From Candidatus Woesearchaeota archaeon (GTDB lineage: Archaea > Nanobdellota > Nanobdellia > SCGC-AAA011-G17 > PNOQ01): a stretch of 64,000 nt of DNA. Position numbers and translations under genes: made by a program. The DNA lies in contig CAYFOF010000003.1 of assembly GCA_964344655.1 (NCBI GenBank), positions 428 to 64,427 on the forward strand. The letters run 5' to 3'. Shown one piece after another: positions 42,429 through 52,108 of this stretch (its first letter is position 1; each line of letters begins with the position of its first letter). Under the pieces are notes generated by a model that was not told where the DNA came from, did not search any database, and saw only the letters and a program-made list of their open reading frames with translations.

Positions 42429-45400
42429 CCCCCTACTTTATCTCCGCAAGTACATTCATAACATCCGGGACCGGTTTGTTTCATTGTTCTGCCGCATCTG
42501 CATGTAACTCCTGTTGAAGCTGTTTTTTTCTTAGATTTAGTTTTGCCGTTTTTTCCTTTTGTAAAACCGCCGGTTTCAGAATCTTCTAAAACATCATCTA
42601 TTTCCCATTCATTAATGTCTTTTCTTTCTAAATATCTAAATGAGCCACTACCTTCGCCTCTTAATTTTGAAACATCAACTTTCTCCGGTTCTTGTGCAAC
42701 GGATGTGTCCCCTAAATACTCTATTCTTAGTATTTTTTGTGCTGCATCAAATATAGAACTTGCTTGTTTTACGTGTTCATTATCAAAGACCAACCCTCTT
42801 GGTTCCATTGTATGGCCTTTCCAAGAATCTAATATTACTTCTAATGGTGTTCCAGTTTTTAGAGATTTTGATGCTTGAATCCCGGCAACTTTTAATACAC
42901 TATTTAGTGTGGTTCCACCATCATAAGCTAAAAGAGCTATTTGTCCAGGCAATCCTGTTTCAGGATATTCACTTGTAATTAGGTGTACGGGGGTTTCTCC
43001 AATTTTAAATTCCCATTCATACGCTTGTCTACTTGTTGGGAGATCTACTTTTTCGCCCCAAGAAGGCTGGTTTAAACTTCTATCCTCCCCAAACGATAAA
43101 GCATATGATAATTTGCTATTAGACCTAAATGCTGCTACCGCCTTTAAACCATGTTCGTGAGATTGAATTAGGCCATCATAAATTTCTTTTACTGTAGTAT
43201 GTTCTGGGAAATTATTTGTTTTTGAAATAGCCCCAGATATGAATGGTTGCATTGCACCTAGCATTTTTACATGTCCCAGGAAAGGAATACTTCCTTCTCC
43301 ACTTATGTTTCCTAATGCTGTTTCGAAAACTTTGTGATGTTCTGGTTTTAAATCTAAAGATCCTAGTGTTGTTCCATGTTCAGCAATGTGAGAAGATATT
43401 TTTGTTATGTCTTCTTCATTATATCCAAGATTTCTTAATCCATTTGGAATTTCTTTATTTGATTCTAGGTTTAAACTTCCCCCGCCTGCGAGATCTTTTT
43501 TTATTGAAAAAGCTATGTAGGGTTCTGGCCCAGTAGTTTCACAACCAAGTAAATAAGAAATTGTTCCCGTTGGTGCAAGAACAGAAACTTGAGAATTTCT
43601 AAATCCAGTTTTATTCCCTTTTGTTTCTGCTACATCCCAAGAAGAATATGCTGCCTCTTTAATATTTTCTGGAATAGAATCCCAAACTATATCATCTAGA
43701 CTTTTTTTATGTTTTTTAATAACATCCATCATTGGATTTTTATTAAACTCAAAATGTTCAAATGTACCTATACTTTCTGCCAAATTTGCAGAAGTTTGGT
43801 ATGCTGTACCAGTCAATAATGCAGTTATTGAAGCAGCAAATTGCCTTCCTTCATCTGAATCATATGGCAATCCTTTTCTCATCAAAACAGCACCTATGTT
43901 TGCATAACCTAGTCCAATATTATTTAATTCTGGACTTATTTGGGCAACACTTCTTATAGGATACCCAGAAGATTGATTTAATATGTTTTGCCCAGTTGCC
44001 ATAATGTTTACAGCATATTGAAATCCTTCAACATCAAAATTTCCTTCTAAGTCTGTAAATTCTAATAAATTTAGTGATGCTAAGTTACATGCTGTGTCAT
44101 TTATTGACATATATTCTGAACAAGGATTACTAGAATTTATTCTTCCAGAGTTTTTTACAGTGTGCATTCTTTGAATTGTATCTTCAAATTGTGCTCCTGG
44201 GTCTCCCGTTCTCCAAATACCAAAAGAAATCTCTTTAAGCATTCTGTCTGCGGAAATTTCATCAACTATTTCTCCATTTTTTATATTTCTTAATTCAATA
44301 TTTCCTCCATTTCTTACTTGTTCAAAGAAATGATCATCTAACCTGACAGAAATATTTGTATTTTGATAATCTACAGATGTTACTGCTGGTCCATCCATCC
44401 CTCCCTCATAGCCTGCACGCATTAAAGCTAGAGTTTTTTTCTCTTCTCCAACTTTGGATCTTATGAATTTCATAACATCTGGATGGCCTTGCCGCATTGT
44501 TGTCATTCTTGCTGCACGTCTGCTCTTTCCACCAGATTTTATTGTTCCTGCCCAAACATCATATCCTTTCCAAAAACTTAATGGTCCAGAAGATTCTCCA
44601 CCACAAGATAAAGATTCTCCTTCTGCTCTTAATACTCCAATATCTTGACCAATCCCAGATCCAGATTCAAAAATATCAATTTCATGAACAGCGTGTTGTG
44701 CTATGCTTGTTAAATCATCTTGAGGTCCAGCAATAAAACATGCATGATTTTGGGGTCTAATGTTTCCCCCTTCTTCTATTTCTTCTACATCTCCTGTTTC
44801 TGGATTTCTCCAATGTTTTGTAGTTCCATTTCCTTCAATTCCATATTCTGAATATAATCCTGCATTAAATTGTACTGGAGAATTAAATGCTGCTTTCCTA
44901 TTAGCCATCAACCATAATAATTCATCTCTAAATATTTCTTTGTCTTCAGTAGAAGAAAAATATCCAAACTCTTCACCTGAATCGGCTATGTAATTTGCAA
45001 CCCTTGTCCATATATGTTTTACTGAGTTTTCGTGATTGTTTCCTATTATTGCTTCTAATTTTCTTGTTTCTTCTTCTCCTTTTGGAACATAAGCATATTT
45101 GCTCATTACAACTGTTGCATCATTATCTGACCAAGAAGAAGGCACTTCTGCGTCTTCCATATCAAATATAATCTCTCCCTCTTTGTCTTTATTAGTTAAA
45201 TGTCTTATTTCGTATGGCCCAATTGTATCAAGAGGGTTTGTTGTACCATCAGTATTATATCTTTGAAAGCTGATTCCTTGGGGATTTTCATTTGTTTGAT
45301 GGAATAGTCTTCCTAAAGCTAACCTGTCTACGTAAAGGTCATTTCCTTTTTCCAAAGTAATTACGTCTCCCGAACTAACCGCATCTTCTAATCTTGAAAC

Positions 45401-45556
45401 GCCATTAGCTAAATAAGGATTTGTTGTACTTTCTGAAGAAATTAAAGATCTTGCATCATCCAAACTTATGTGTCTTTCTGGGTCATATATGTTTAATCTT
45501 GATCCTGAAGGATCGTACATAGGACTATCATTAGAATTTATTTTTACTTTACTCAT
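42416..45556 (-). CDS. nrdJ: Ribonucleotide reductase, class II (adenosylcobalamin-dependent, NrdJ-like) with C-terminal Cys-rich zinc ribbon
   Basis: Active-site NPCSEY...CNLASLNL, ten-stranded-barrel RNR-like length (1046 aa), C-terminal CRCGRTMKQTGPGCYECTCGDKVGGCGG tail. No glycyl-radical motif. Confidence 0.8.
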   Translation of the reverse strand: MSKVKINSNDSPMYDPSGSRLNIYDPERHISLDDARSLISSESTTNPYLANGVSRLEDAVSSGDVITLEKGNDLYVDRLALGRLFHQTNENPQGISFQRYNTDGTTNPLDTIGPYEIRHLTNKDKEGEIIFDMEDAEVPSSWSDNDATVVMSKYAYVPKGEEETRKLEAIIGNNHENSVKHIWTRVANYIADSGEEFGYFSSTEDKEIFRDELLWLMANRKAAFNSPVQFNAGLYSEYGIEGNGTTKHWRNPETGDVEEIEEGGNIRPQNHACFIAGPQDDLTSIAQHAVHEIDIFESGSGIGQDIGVLRAEGESLSCGGESSGPLSFWKGYDVWAGTIKSGGKSRRAARMTTMRQGHPDVMKFIRSKVGEEKKTLALMRAGYEGGMDGPAVTSVDYQNTNISVRLDDHFFEQVRNGGNIELRNIKNGEIVDEISADRMLKEISFGIWRTGDPGAQFEDTIQRMHTVKNSGRINSSNPCSEYMSINDTACNLASLNLLEFTDLEGNFDVEGFQYAVNIMATGQNILNQSSGYPIRSVAQISPELNNIGLGYANIGAVLMRKGLPYDSDEGRQFAASITALLTGTAYQTSANLAESIGTFEHFEFNKNPMMDVIKKHKKSLDDIVWDSIPENIKEAAYSSWDVAETKGNKTGFRNSQVSVLAPTGTISYLLGCETTGPEPYIAFSIKKDLAGGGSLNLESNKEIPNGLRNLGYNEEDITKISSHIAEHGTTLGSLDLKPEHHKVFETALGNISGEGSIPFLGHVKMLGAMQPFISGAISKTNNFPEHTTVKEIYDGLIQSHEHGLKAVAAFRSNSKLSYALSFGEDRSLNQPSWGEKVDLPTSRQAYEWEFKIGETPVHLITSEYPETGLPGQIALLAYDGGTTLNSVLKVAGIQASKSLKTGTPLEVILDSWKGHTMEPRGLVFDNEHVKQASSIFDAAQKILRIEYLGDTSVAQEPEKVDVSKLRGEGSGSFRYLERKDINEWEIDDVLEDSETGGFTKGKNGKTKSKKKTASTGVTCRCGRTMKQTGPGCYECTCGDKVGGCGG

Positions 45557-45557
45557 T

Positions 45558-46010
45558 TTATTCCCCCTTTCTTAAATTATTAACCATATCTTCAAACGAA
45601 TCTATGTCTGTGAAATCTTTGTACACAGATGCAAATCTTACGTAAGCAACTTTATCCAGTTTTTTTAGTTTTCTCATGACTAATTCTCCAATTATTTTTG
45701 AATGAACTTCTGGAGTATCATTGCTTCTTAGTTCGTTTTCTATTTCTGTGAATGTTTTTTGAAGTTGTTCTGTTGAAACTGGTCTTTTTTCACATGCCCT
45801 TATTATTCCTTTTTTTAGTTTGTCTCGGTCAAAAATTACTCTTTCGCCAGATTTTTTGACAACTCTTAAATCTAAGGTTTCTATTCTTTCGTGTGTTGTA
45901 AACCTTTTTTCGCAATCATTACATTCTCGTCTTCTTCTTACTGCTTCTTCAGAATGATCCCTCTTATCAACTACTTTCATAGATTGGCTATTACAGAACG
46001 GACACCTCAT
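45558..46010 (-). CDS. nrdR: NrdR transcriptional repressor (zinc ribbon plus ATP-cone)
   Basis: MRCPFCNSQSMKVVDKR...CNDCEKRFTTHE zinc ribbon followed by an ATP-cone. 150 aa. One nucleotide separates it from nrdJ. Confidence 0.85.
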   Translation of the reverse strand: MRCPFCNSQSMKVVDKRDHSEEAVRRRRECNDCEKRFTTHERIETLDLRVVKKSGERVIFDRDKLKKGIIRACEKRPVSTEQLQKTFTEIENELRSNDTPEVHSKIIGELVMRKLKKLDKVAYVRFASVYKDFTDIDSFEDMVNNLRKGE

Positions 46011-46011
46011 T

Positions 46012-46060
46012 TTTCAATATGTTGTGGTAGTTACATGTTTTTTGACACAATATATTGTGT
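46012..46060. promoter_or_regulatory. NrdR operator: perfect 16-bp NrdR box ACACAATATATTGTGT (46045-46060) plus a degenerate second box (46012-46027)
   Basis: Box 1 is a perfect palindrome matching the published NrdR-box consensus acaCwAtATaTwGtgt. It lies 35-50 nt upstream of the nrdR start on the minus strand, where an archaeal TATA box/TSS would sit. Box 2 matches 11 of 16 positions, centred about 33 bp away. Confidence 0.6.
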
Positions 46061-46166
46061 TTTACTCACAACAACCTATTTTTTAGGATTTAGGTTTATA
46101 AATATTTAGTAAGTTTGGTGTATAGATTATCAAAACTTTTATATTTGGTTTAGTGTTTGTGAAATT

Positions 46167-46391
46167 ATGGTAGATAGTTATAAAGAAACTCAAAATATGG
46201 ATAGATATACTATGATTTTAGGATATTACATGGAAAATCCAGGAAGAATAGAGAATAATTCTGAACTTTTAGATCAGGCAATTGATGAAATCGATAAAGA
46301 AATGGATAGTTTGGGATTTCCAGAAGATGTAAAGTTAGATTTTTATGAAGAATTTGATCCTGTTATTAATTGGAGAAAATACGTTAATTAA
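46167..46391 (+). CDS. Small hypothetical protein (74 aa)
   Basis: ORF preceded by the ggtttataaatatt promoter-like element at 46091-46104; no motif. Confidence 0.3.
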   Translation: MVDSYKETQNMDRYTMILGYYMENPGRIENNSELLDQAIDEIDKEMDSLGFPEDVKLDFYEEFDPVINWRKYVN

Positions 46392-46481
46392 AAAAACAAG
46401 GGAAGGAGTTAGACTCCTCCCAAAAAAATTCTAAAGTAGTGAGTCAACTTATGGGGGTTAAAATGAATGGAGTTAATCCCA

Positions 46482-47561
46482 CTACTTGAGCATGTCAATT
46501 CCCAGCATATCTTTCATTTGGGTAGCTTCTTCAGCTTTCGCTTGTGCCCTATCGATTTTGCCAAGGATATATGGTGATTTTACACCAGTAATTATGGTCA
46601 TGACTCTTAGTTTTCCATCCATGGATGGATCTACGCTTGCTCCCCAGATTACTAAAGCATCTTCATCTAGAGAACCAGTAACCATATTACCAATTTTCTC
46701 AATATCATCTAATAGTAAGTCTGAACCACCAGATATATTGATTAATGCACCAGTTGCACCTTCGTAACTTACATCCAGTAAAGGATTTGAAAGTGCTTTC
46801 TTTACAGCTTCTTCAACTCTGTTTTCTGTAGTTGATTCGCCTATTCCAACAACTGAAACTCCTCCTCCAGTCATTATTGTTTTAACATCTGCATAATCTA
46901 AGTTTACTAAACTTGGAACTGCAATTGTTTCTACTATTCCTTTAATCATTGTGGAAAGTAGTTCATTTGCAACTGCGAATGCTTGTTGTAAAGGTAATTG
47001 TCCAGCAATCATAGATAATCTATTGTTGTCCATAACAATTACAGTATCACAAACATCTCTTAGTTCTTGTAAACCGAATTCTGCTTTGTCACATCTTGCT
47101 TTTTCAATATTGAAAGGCATTGTAACATTTGCAATGACTATTGCTCCAGCTTCTTTTGCCATTTGAGCAATTATTGGTGCTGCACCCGTTCCGGTTCCAC
47201 CACCCATTCCAGCAGTAATAAATACCATATCAGTATCTCTTAAGATTTCTCTTAATTCATGATTATTTTCTTGTGCTGCTTCTCTACCTTTGTTTGGCAT
47301 TCCACCTGCACCAAGTCCTCGTGTTAATTCTCTTCCAAGAAGTATTTTTCTATCACCATGGCACATATCTAAGTGTGCTTTATCAGTGTTAGCAATTATA
47401 ACTTCTGCTCCATTTACACCTTTTTTGTATAGCCAAGAAGCAATATTTCCACCAGCTCCGCCGGTTCCAATTACCTTCATGTTGGCTTTACCAACTTGTA
47501 AATCATCGTCGTTATTATTTGTGTCTACGTTTTTCAATGCGTCTTGTATAATAAATTCCAT
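46482..47561 (-). CDS. ftsZ: Cell division GTPase FtsZ
   Basis: GGAGGN and tubulin signature GGGTGTGAAP. 359 aa. Confidence 0.9.
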   Translation of the reverse strand: MEFIIQDALKNVDTNNNDDDLQVGKANMKVIGTGGAGGNIASWLYKKGVNGAEVIIANTDKAHLDMCHGDRKILLGRELTRGLGAGGMPNKGREAAQENNHELREILRDTDMVFITAGMGGGTGTGAAPIIAQMAKEAGAIVIANVTMPFNIEKARCDKAEFGLQELRDVCDTVIVMDNNRLSMIAGQLPLQQAFAVANELLSTMIKGIVETIAVPSLVNLDYADVKTIMTGGGVSVVGIGESTTENRVEEAVKKALSNPLLDVSYEGATGALINISGGSDLLLDDIEKIGNMVTGSLDEDALVIWGASVDPSMDGKLRVMTIITGVKSPYILGKIDRAQAKAEEATQMKDMLGIDMLK

Positions 47562-47878
47562 TTTGTCTTATTTTTTCCCCCTTTTTTATATGTTGTATCA
47601 CAACAAATTTTATATATGTGTGAATGTAATTTTCTTCTAAGAAAAAGTTGTTTAATCGCCAAATTAAAACGCTTTTTTGAGATAGTAAAAACTAAGACTT
47701 GATACAAATCGTGTGTATTTTCATTCGGAATCGCCAAAAACCGTTGAAAATGTTAAGACCTAAGAGTATTTTAATTCTGATTGTTTATAAATGTTTTTGG
47801 AGTTTAATTTATATTTTCGAGTAGATAGGTTGCTATTTTTTGGATAAGTTTTTATATTAGTAATTTAGTTTTCTTCTT

Positions 47879-49114
47879 ATGAAAAGTGGAGATTATGTTG
47901 AAATTAAAACTTCTGAAAAAATCTTTAAGGGAATTTTAATGCCAGATTCTGTTGCTGGAAAATTAGTTTTGAAATTAGATTCTGGGTATAATATGGGACT
48001 TGATAAAAAGAAAATTAAATCTAAGAAAATTCTGAAAAATGTTGCAAAAAAGTTTTCTAAAGTTGTAAAAGTAAAACAGAATTCTAAGCTTCCTAAAATC
48101 CTTATTTTACATACTGGAGGAACTATTGCTAGTAAAGTTTCATACAAAACTGGAGGAGTTATTGCTAAGTTTAAACCAGAAGAATTGTTGGAATTAATTC
48201 CAGAATTAGGAAAAATTGCAAATATTGAGACAAAATTAGTTTCAAATGTGTTTTCTGAGGATATGGGTTTCAAAGATTATAATAATTTGGCCAAGGAAAT
48301 AAAAAAAGCTAAAGGATATTCTGGTGTGATTATTACTCATGGAACAGACACCATGCATTATACTTCTGCTGCTTTGTCATTTATGTTGGAAGGATTGGGA
48401 TTCCCAGTTATTTTAGTTGGATCTCAGAGGAGTTCAGATAGAGGAAGTTCAGATGCAGGAATAAATATGATCTGTGCTGCAAATTTCATTGCAAATTCTG
48501 ATTTTGCTGGCGTTGGAATATGTATGCATTCTTCAATGGATGATGATAAGTGTTGGATTTTACCAGGATTGAAATCTAGAAAATTCCACAGTTCAAGAAG
48601 AGATGCTTTTCAAGCAGTAAATACAAAACCCCATGCTTTAGTTGGGGTTAATGGGAAAATTAAGATAATTGACAATAATTTTAGAAAAAGAGAGGATTTG
48701 AAGGTTAAGGTTGATTTATTTAATGAAAAATTGAAAATCGGAATTTTGAAAGTTCACCCAGGAATGAATGTTAGTGAAATTCCTTCTGGTCTTAATGGAT
48801 TGATTATTGAAGGAACTGGATTGGGACATATGCCCGTTAATTTAGATTCTAAGATATTTAACAAGTTGAAAAGTTTGAAAATCCCTATTGTTATGTGCAG
48901 TCAAACTGTTTTTGGTAGAGTGAATATGAATGTTTATTCAACTGGCCGTAAATTACAAGAATTTATTATTTCTGGCTCGGATATGACTTCTGAAACTGCT
49001 TTTATGAAATTAGCTTGGTTATTAAGCAGTAAAAAGGATATTAGTTTAATGACTTCTAATCTGAAAGGAGAAATTAATGAAAGAATTTCTGATGAATTTT
49101 TATCTTTGTATTAA
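47879..49114 (+). CDS. gatD: Glutamyl-tRNA(Gln) amidotransferase subunit D (GatD)
   Basis: Archaeal GatD layout: N-terminal domain plus L-asparaginase-like domain with HTGGTIASK and ITHGTDTM threonine motifs. 411 aa. Confidence 0.85.
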   Translation: MKSGDYVEIKTSEKIFKGILMPDSVAGKLVLKLDSGYNMGLDKKKIKSKKILKNVAKKFSKVVKVKQNSKLPKILILHTGGTIASKVSYKTGGVIAKFKPEELLELIPELGKIANIETKLVSNVFSEDMGFKDYNNLAKEIKKAKGYSGVIITHGTDTMHYTSAALSFMLEGLGFPVILVGSQRSSDRGSSDAGINMICAANFIANSDFAGVGICMHSSMDDDKCWILPGLKSRKFHSSRRDAFQAVNTKPHALVGVNGKIKIIDNNFRKREDLKVKVDLFNEKLKIGILKVHPGMNVSEIPSGLNGLIIEGTGLGHMPVNLDSKIFNKLKSLKIPIVMCSQTVFGRVNMNVYSTGRKLQEFIISGSDMTSETAFMKLAWLLSSKKDISLMTSNLKGEINERISDEFLSLY

Positions 49115-49116
49115 TT

Positions 49117-49521
49117 TTATTTAAGTCCGTGATCATGGAAGCATTTTATGTATTTTTGATCTGACCCTAAAACATGCCCAACAATCCATTTTAATACAAA
49201 TTCTAATAGTTCTTTTGTAACTTTTTCTTCGTCAATATTATTTTCTTCAAGGCTTTTTTGTATTTGTTTTTTGAATGATTCGTGTTCGGTTTTATGTTCT
49301 TCTTTGAATTCATAATCAAATTTTTCAAAGTATTTTTCTTCTGTTTCGAAATGGTATACAGAATAGTCTATTAATTCTTCAATTACTTTTGTTAAGAATT
49401 CATGTTCTCTTTTGTCTTTTATCGATGCGTCTAATTTTTTAAGAATTTCAAATATTTTTTTGTGTTGATCATCGATTTCTTTTACTTCAACACTGTACTC
49501 TGGTTTCCAGTTTAAATCCAT
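49117..49521 (-). CDS. Hemerythrin-like (HHE cation-binding) protein
   Basis: H/E spacing IDDQH ... HFETEE ... HKTEHE ... HV typical of bacteriohemerythrin-type four-helix bundles. 134 aa. Confidence 0.65.
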   Translation of the reverse strand: MDLNWKPEYSVEVKEIDDQHKKIFEILKKLDASIKDKREHEFLTKVIEELIDYSVYHFETEEKYFEKFDYEFKEEHKTEHESFKKQIQKSLEENNIDEEKVTKELLEFVLKWIVGHVLGSDQKYIKCFHDHGLK

Positions 49522-49537
49522 GAGCTTAATTTTGGGT

Positions 49538-50326
49538 TTACTTATTTATAAATTTATTGAATCCGATTAGTTTGTAAACTAATTTTGCTGCTGTGTATGA
49601 GGAAAGCTCTTCTTTGGGGCATAATTCAACGATATCTGCACCGAGAACGTTTCTATGTTTGAAAACTTCTTTTAATAAATCTGTAACTTGTTTGAATTGT
49701 AATCCTACTGGTTCTGGTGTTCCAACATCGGGGATTACTGTTGGATCGAAAGAATCTAGATCTATTGTTATGTATACATTTTTCTTTAATGTTTTTAGAA
49801 TCTTTTTAATATTAAATTTGTTATGTGCATAAAAAGTATTTATTTTGTGTTTTTTTATGTAATTATATTCATCTTTGTCCAAAGCTCTTACTCCAACTTG
49901 AGTTATGTTTTTGTTGAATTCTGAAATTCTTCTTGCTACACAAGCATGACTTAATTTTTTTCCGTCAAATTCATCTTTTAGATCTGCATGAGCATCAATT
50001 TGTAATATAGAAAGATCTTTTTGCGGCAATCTTTTGATTAGGGGGTAAGAAATTGTGTGTTCTCCTCCAAGTGCAATTATAAATTTATTTGATTTTAAGT
50101 TTTCAAGTTGTTTTAGTGTTTTTATTTCTTTTAATGTTGTTATTCCAATTTTGTATGGTTCTATGTTTAGTTCTGGATCATATAAGTATAATTCATTTGA
50201 AGCTTTAATTATTTCTTTTGGGCCATTTTTTGTTCCTTTTTTATAAGATGTTGTAGATTCAAATGGAACTGGCAAAATAGCTACTTTTGCTTCTTCAAAT
50301 TCTGGCAAATTCATGAATGTTTTCAT
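49538..50326 (-). CDS. Agmatinase/arginase (ureohydrolase) family protein
   Basis: Mn-binding motifs GGEHTISYP, DAHADL, DLDSFDP. 262 aa (short for the family). Confidence 0.8.
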   Translation of the reverse strand: MKTFMNLPEFEEAKVAILPVPFESTTSYKKGTKNGPKEIIKASNELYLYDPELNIEPYKIGITTLKEIKTLKQLENLKSNKFIIALGGEHTISYPLIKRLPQKDLSILQIDAHADLKDEFDGKKLSHACVARRISEFNKNITQVGVRALDKDEYNYIKKHKINTFYAHNKFNIKKILKTLKKNVYITIDLDSFDPTVIPDVGTPEPVGLQFKQVTDLLKEVFKHRNVLGADIVELCPKEELSSYTAAKLVYKLIGFNKFINK

Positions 50327-50361
50327 GAAAATTCGGAGAAAATAACGTGTTATAAAGGTTT

Positions 50362-51108
50362 TTATTTGATTATTGGTCCTTTATTTTGTGCCCAATCTAG
50401 TAAATCTCGAGTAGTATACCATCCAAAATCATGATTTTTTTGGTCCATTGGGTTTAACCACCATATGGGATTTCCATCATCATCAAATCTTTTTACACTT
50501 AATGCTATATATTTTTGTCCTGATTCTTTTAAAGCCTCTAGAACTCCGCTTTCTTCCTCTGCTTTTTTGCATCTAATTGTGTGATCTCTAGCTTTTTTAT
50601 CTTCAAATCTTGCTTCTTCTAGCATATCTTCAGGAATTTGCCTGTAATCTAGTAATATCAATCCAGAATTGCCAAAGGGATCTTCTCTTCCACCCAGAGT
50701 GATTACTCCATTGTTTGTTCTAAATGCATCATCTAAATTTTCTAAGACATAACTATTTTTTTCTAAAACTGCAATTCCGAAATCGTTATTACTCCATGCA
50801 GCACCAATTTCTGTATCGCCATAAGGAATTAGGGATCTACTTGAGGCAATACTATTTATTCTTGAATCATCTAAATATGAATTGTAAACAAGATACGATC
50901 TTCCTTCGCTATTATGGAATATTAATCCTTCTGGAACAATAGTATTTTTTCTTCCTTCAAATCCAAGAAGTTCTGTATTTAATCCAAAAGCATTTGTTAG
51001 GTCAGAAATCCCCCATTCATGTTCTGCGGTAAAATCCCATCCTAAATTAACTCCAATAATTTTTTCGTCTAAAGTTATAAAATCAGTATCATGTGTACCC
51101 CTTCTCAT
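50362..51108 (-). CDS. Hypothetical protein (248 aa)
   Basis: Long ORF; no motif recognized. Confidence 0.45.
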   Translation of the reverse strand: MRRGTHDTDFITLDEKIIGVNLGWDFTAEHEWGISDLTNAFGLNTELLGFEGRKNTIVPEGLIFHNSEGRSYLVYNSYLDDSRINSIASSRSLIPYGDTEIGAAWSNNDFGIAVLEKNSYVLENLDDAFRTNNGVITLGGREDPFGNSGLILLDYRQIPEDMLEEARFEDKKARDHTIRCKKAEEESGVLEALKESGQKYIALSVKRFDDDGNPIWWLNPMDQKNHDFGWYTTRDLLDWAQNKGPIIK

Positions 51109-51175
51109 TGTAATATAGGGGATGTAAAACTATTTATAAATTTATTTGAAAAAAAAGAAAAAAATTAATTGGTTT

Positions 51176-51370
51176 TTACTCTTTTTTATGCATGAAAATC
51201 ATGTATAAAGCAGATAGACCAACTAGAATATAGATTAAGCTCAATAACCAAGTTACAGAACCAAAGATTGCGCTAACTAAATTCCAATTAAAAGCTCCAA
51301 CTAAACCCCAGTTCAAGCCTCCAACAATAAGAAGCACATAAGCAATCCAATCAAGAGTACCCATCTTCAT
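51176..51370 (-). CDS. Small two-TM membrane protein (DUF378-like)
   Basis: LDWIAYVLLIVGGLNWGLVG ... WLLSLIYILVGLSALY. 64 aa. Confidence 0.5.
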   Translation of the reverse strand: MKMGTLDWIAYVLLIVGGLNWGLVGAFNWNLVSAIFGSVTWLLSLIYILVGLSALYMIFMHKKE

Positions 51371-51480
51371 CTGGTTACACCTCCTTTTTTAATAGTTGAA
51401 ATTGGAATTTTCATTATTTAAAGGTTTCTTATATGTTTTAGAAGTTAAAATCTTATAAATTCTTTATAATTTTCCTTTTT

Positions 51481-52077
51481 ATGCTAATTGGCCATGATGT
51501 TGACGAAATGTTATTACAATTTTTACCTAGTTTTTTGAGATGGCACAACTTAGAATACGGATCTTGTTTAGAAATGGAGGATATGGATGATTTTGATATG
51601 AGCAATAGATTAGATTGTAATAGAGAAGAATGTGCCAGAAGAATATTTGAATTTTATGACCATCCTATGATGGAAAATCTTATTCCTGTGCCTGGGGCAG
51701 TTGATGCTTTGTCTTACCTTGGCTTAAAACATGAAAATATTGCAATAACATCTAGAACTAAATCCTTGAGAGAAATAACTCAAAGATCTATAGACAAATA
51801 TTTTTATGATTCTATAAAAGGACTTTATTTAACTGGAGAATGGATAGGCAATGGTGGAAAAACAAAAGGCGAAGTTTGTTTAGATTTGGGTGTTGACGTT
51901 TTAGTTGATGATCGCCCAAAGTACTGTCATGAAGCAGTTGATGTTGGTATTGATGCAATTTTGTTTAATTACAAAGGAAAATATGGATATGGCGAGCCAT
52001 ATGCTGTTAGAGAGGGGTTATATCACGCTCAAGATTTTGACGAAGTTATTGGAATAATTGAAGATTTAGATTCGTAA
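51481..52077 (+). CDS. HAD-superfamily 5'(3')-deoxyribonucleotidase-like hydrolase
   Basis: Length and overall pattern of NT5C-type HAD enzymes (PVPGAVDAL ... VLVDDRPKY C-terminal Asp motif). The DxD nucleophile is not clearly resolved at the N-terminus. Confidence 0.45.
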   Translation: MLIGHDVDEMLLQFLPSFLRWHNLEYGSCLEMEDMDDFDMSNRLDCNREECARRIFEFYDHPMMENLIPVPGAVDALSYLGLKHENIAITSRTKSLREITQRSIDKYFYDSIKGLYLTGEWIGNGGKTKGEVCLDLGVDVLVDDRPKYCHEAVDVGIDAILFNYKGKYGYGEPYAVREGLYHAQDFDEVIGIIEDLDS

Positions 52078-52108
52078 GTTTTATATTTTTGTTTGATTAT
52101 TTTTTATT

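Noticed and set aside
47534-47737. 67-aa minus-strand ORF in the ftsZ–gatD intergenic region
   Set aside because: No start context, unusual composition (K/Y/C/H-rich), and it lies entirely in a probable promoter/UTR region.
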